From contig OZ243916.1 of NCBI GenBank assembly GCA_965213675.1, positions 2,272,001 through 2,336,000 on the forward strand: a DNA stretch of 64,000 nt. Reading direction: 5' to 3'. Below are positions 63,434-64,000 of this stretch, one piece after another. Every line of letters begins with the position of its first letter. The stretch's first letter is position 1. The DNA is from an uncultured Candidatus Binatia bacterium. Lineage in GTDB: Bacteria; Desulfobacterota; Binatia; UBA9968; JAJDTQ01. Made by a program: the position numbers and the translations under genes. A model generated the notes under the pieces. It saw only the letters and a program-made list of their open reading frames with translations. It was not told the DNA's origin and did not search any database.

Positions 63434-64000
63434 GTGACCCTTAGCCTGATAATCCTCCCAGCTCTGCTTGGCTACGGGTTCCTAAACAGGTGCCGCGTGA
63501 CCCGGTTCTTCATTGTGAGGCTATCGGGTTACCATCTGGTCTTCCAATCCGCGATTGTTGGTCTGTTGTTCCCGACGGCGGGGTACCTACTCACACTCGG
63601 AGTCACCGCTCTTTGTCCACGGCTTGCAGTATGGTCGATCGGCAAGATCCCGTTCGAGCATTGGGGGACTGGTGTATCGGCAATTCTGTGGTCAGAAGCA
63701 TCCGTATGGATCCTTAACTATAGGTTAGATGAAGAGAAGGCGGCGCGATTCAACGCCAACTATCACGGTGATCTCATCGAGCTACGACTGGTGGAGGCAA
63801 TGGAGCGCTCGGCCCATGTAGAATTGTCCCTCAGGAGCGGCAAGTCTTATGTGGGCATGGTACTCAACAGCGGCATCACAACCGGCGGAGAATCCGACGT
63901 TAGTCTGATCCCCACCGTAAGCGGGTACAGAGACGAACACACACGCGAACTGGTTTTCACCACTTTCTACGGTGACGTCTTCGACGATTGGCTCAGCAGT
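63434..64000 (+). CDS. Membrane protein with C-terminal Sm/Hfq-like region (partial, runs off the window)
   Basis: GTG 63434 open to the window end: MTLSLIILPALLGYGF...(about 3 TM)...VELSLRSGKSYVG...PTVSGYRDEHTRELVFTTFY. Confidence 0.7.
   Translation, partial: MTLSLIILPALLGYGFLNRCRVTRFFIVRLSGYHLVFQSAIVGLLFPTAGYLLTLGVTALCPRLAVWSIGKIPFEHWGTGVSAILWSEASVWILNYRLDEEKAARFNANYHGDLIELRLVEAMERSAHVELSLRSGKSYVGMVLNSGITTGGESDVSLIPTVSGYRDEHTRELVFTTFYGDVFDDWLSS

Overview
High-GC bacterial chromosome segment. Gene order and content suggest a deltaproteobacterial/Binatia-like lineage (inference only). The backbone is housekeeping: hflX, thrS-infC-rpmI-rplT-pheST-ihfA, pcm-nlpD-apt, thiC, hisIG, hisC, glmUS, rlmE, clpB, bioFAD, larC and four tRNAs (Val-GAC, Pro-GGG, Leu-CAA, Ala-CGC). 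It also carries a complete coenzyme F420 cluster (cofGHDCE-npdG), two UbiD-family genes and a DUF1302-DUF1329-YCF48-MMPL lipid-transport operon. The most striking element is a visibly AT-richer block (about 33.7-41.9 kb). It encodes a single-chain squalene epoxidase-oxidosqualene cyclase fusion (DCTAE motif), a GPP34/GOLPH3-cytochrome P450 fusion and a second MMPL/RND transporter: a candidate compact bacterial sterol/triterpenoid synthesis-modification-export system. Other items missed by the ORF track are an ArsC/Spx-like selenoprotein (in-frame UGA in a UxxC motif plus a SECIS-like hairpin), an ATA start for infC, and a TM plus Sm-like gene running off the right edge after tRNA-Ala. Also present are a TIGR04255-led three-gene candidate toxin/defence cassette, a CTAG-flanked MITE family (4 copies), REP-like palindromes and a 129-bp duplication copying the glmS start. 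All family assignments come from motif recognition by eye; no searches were run.
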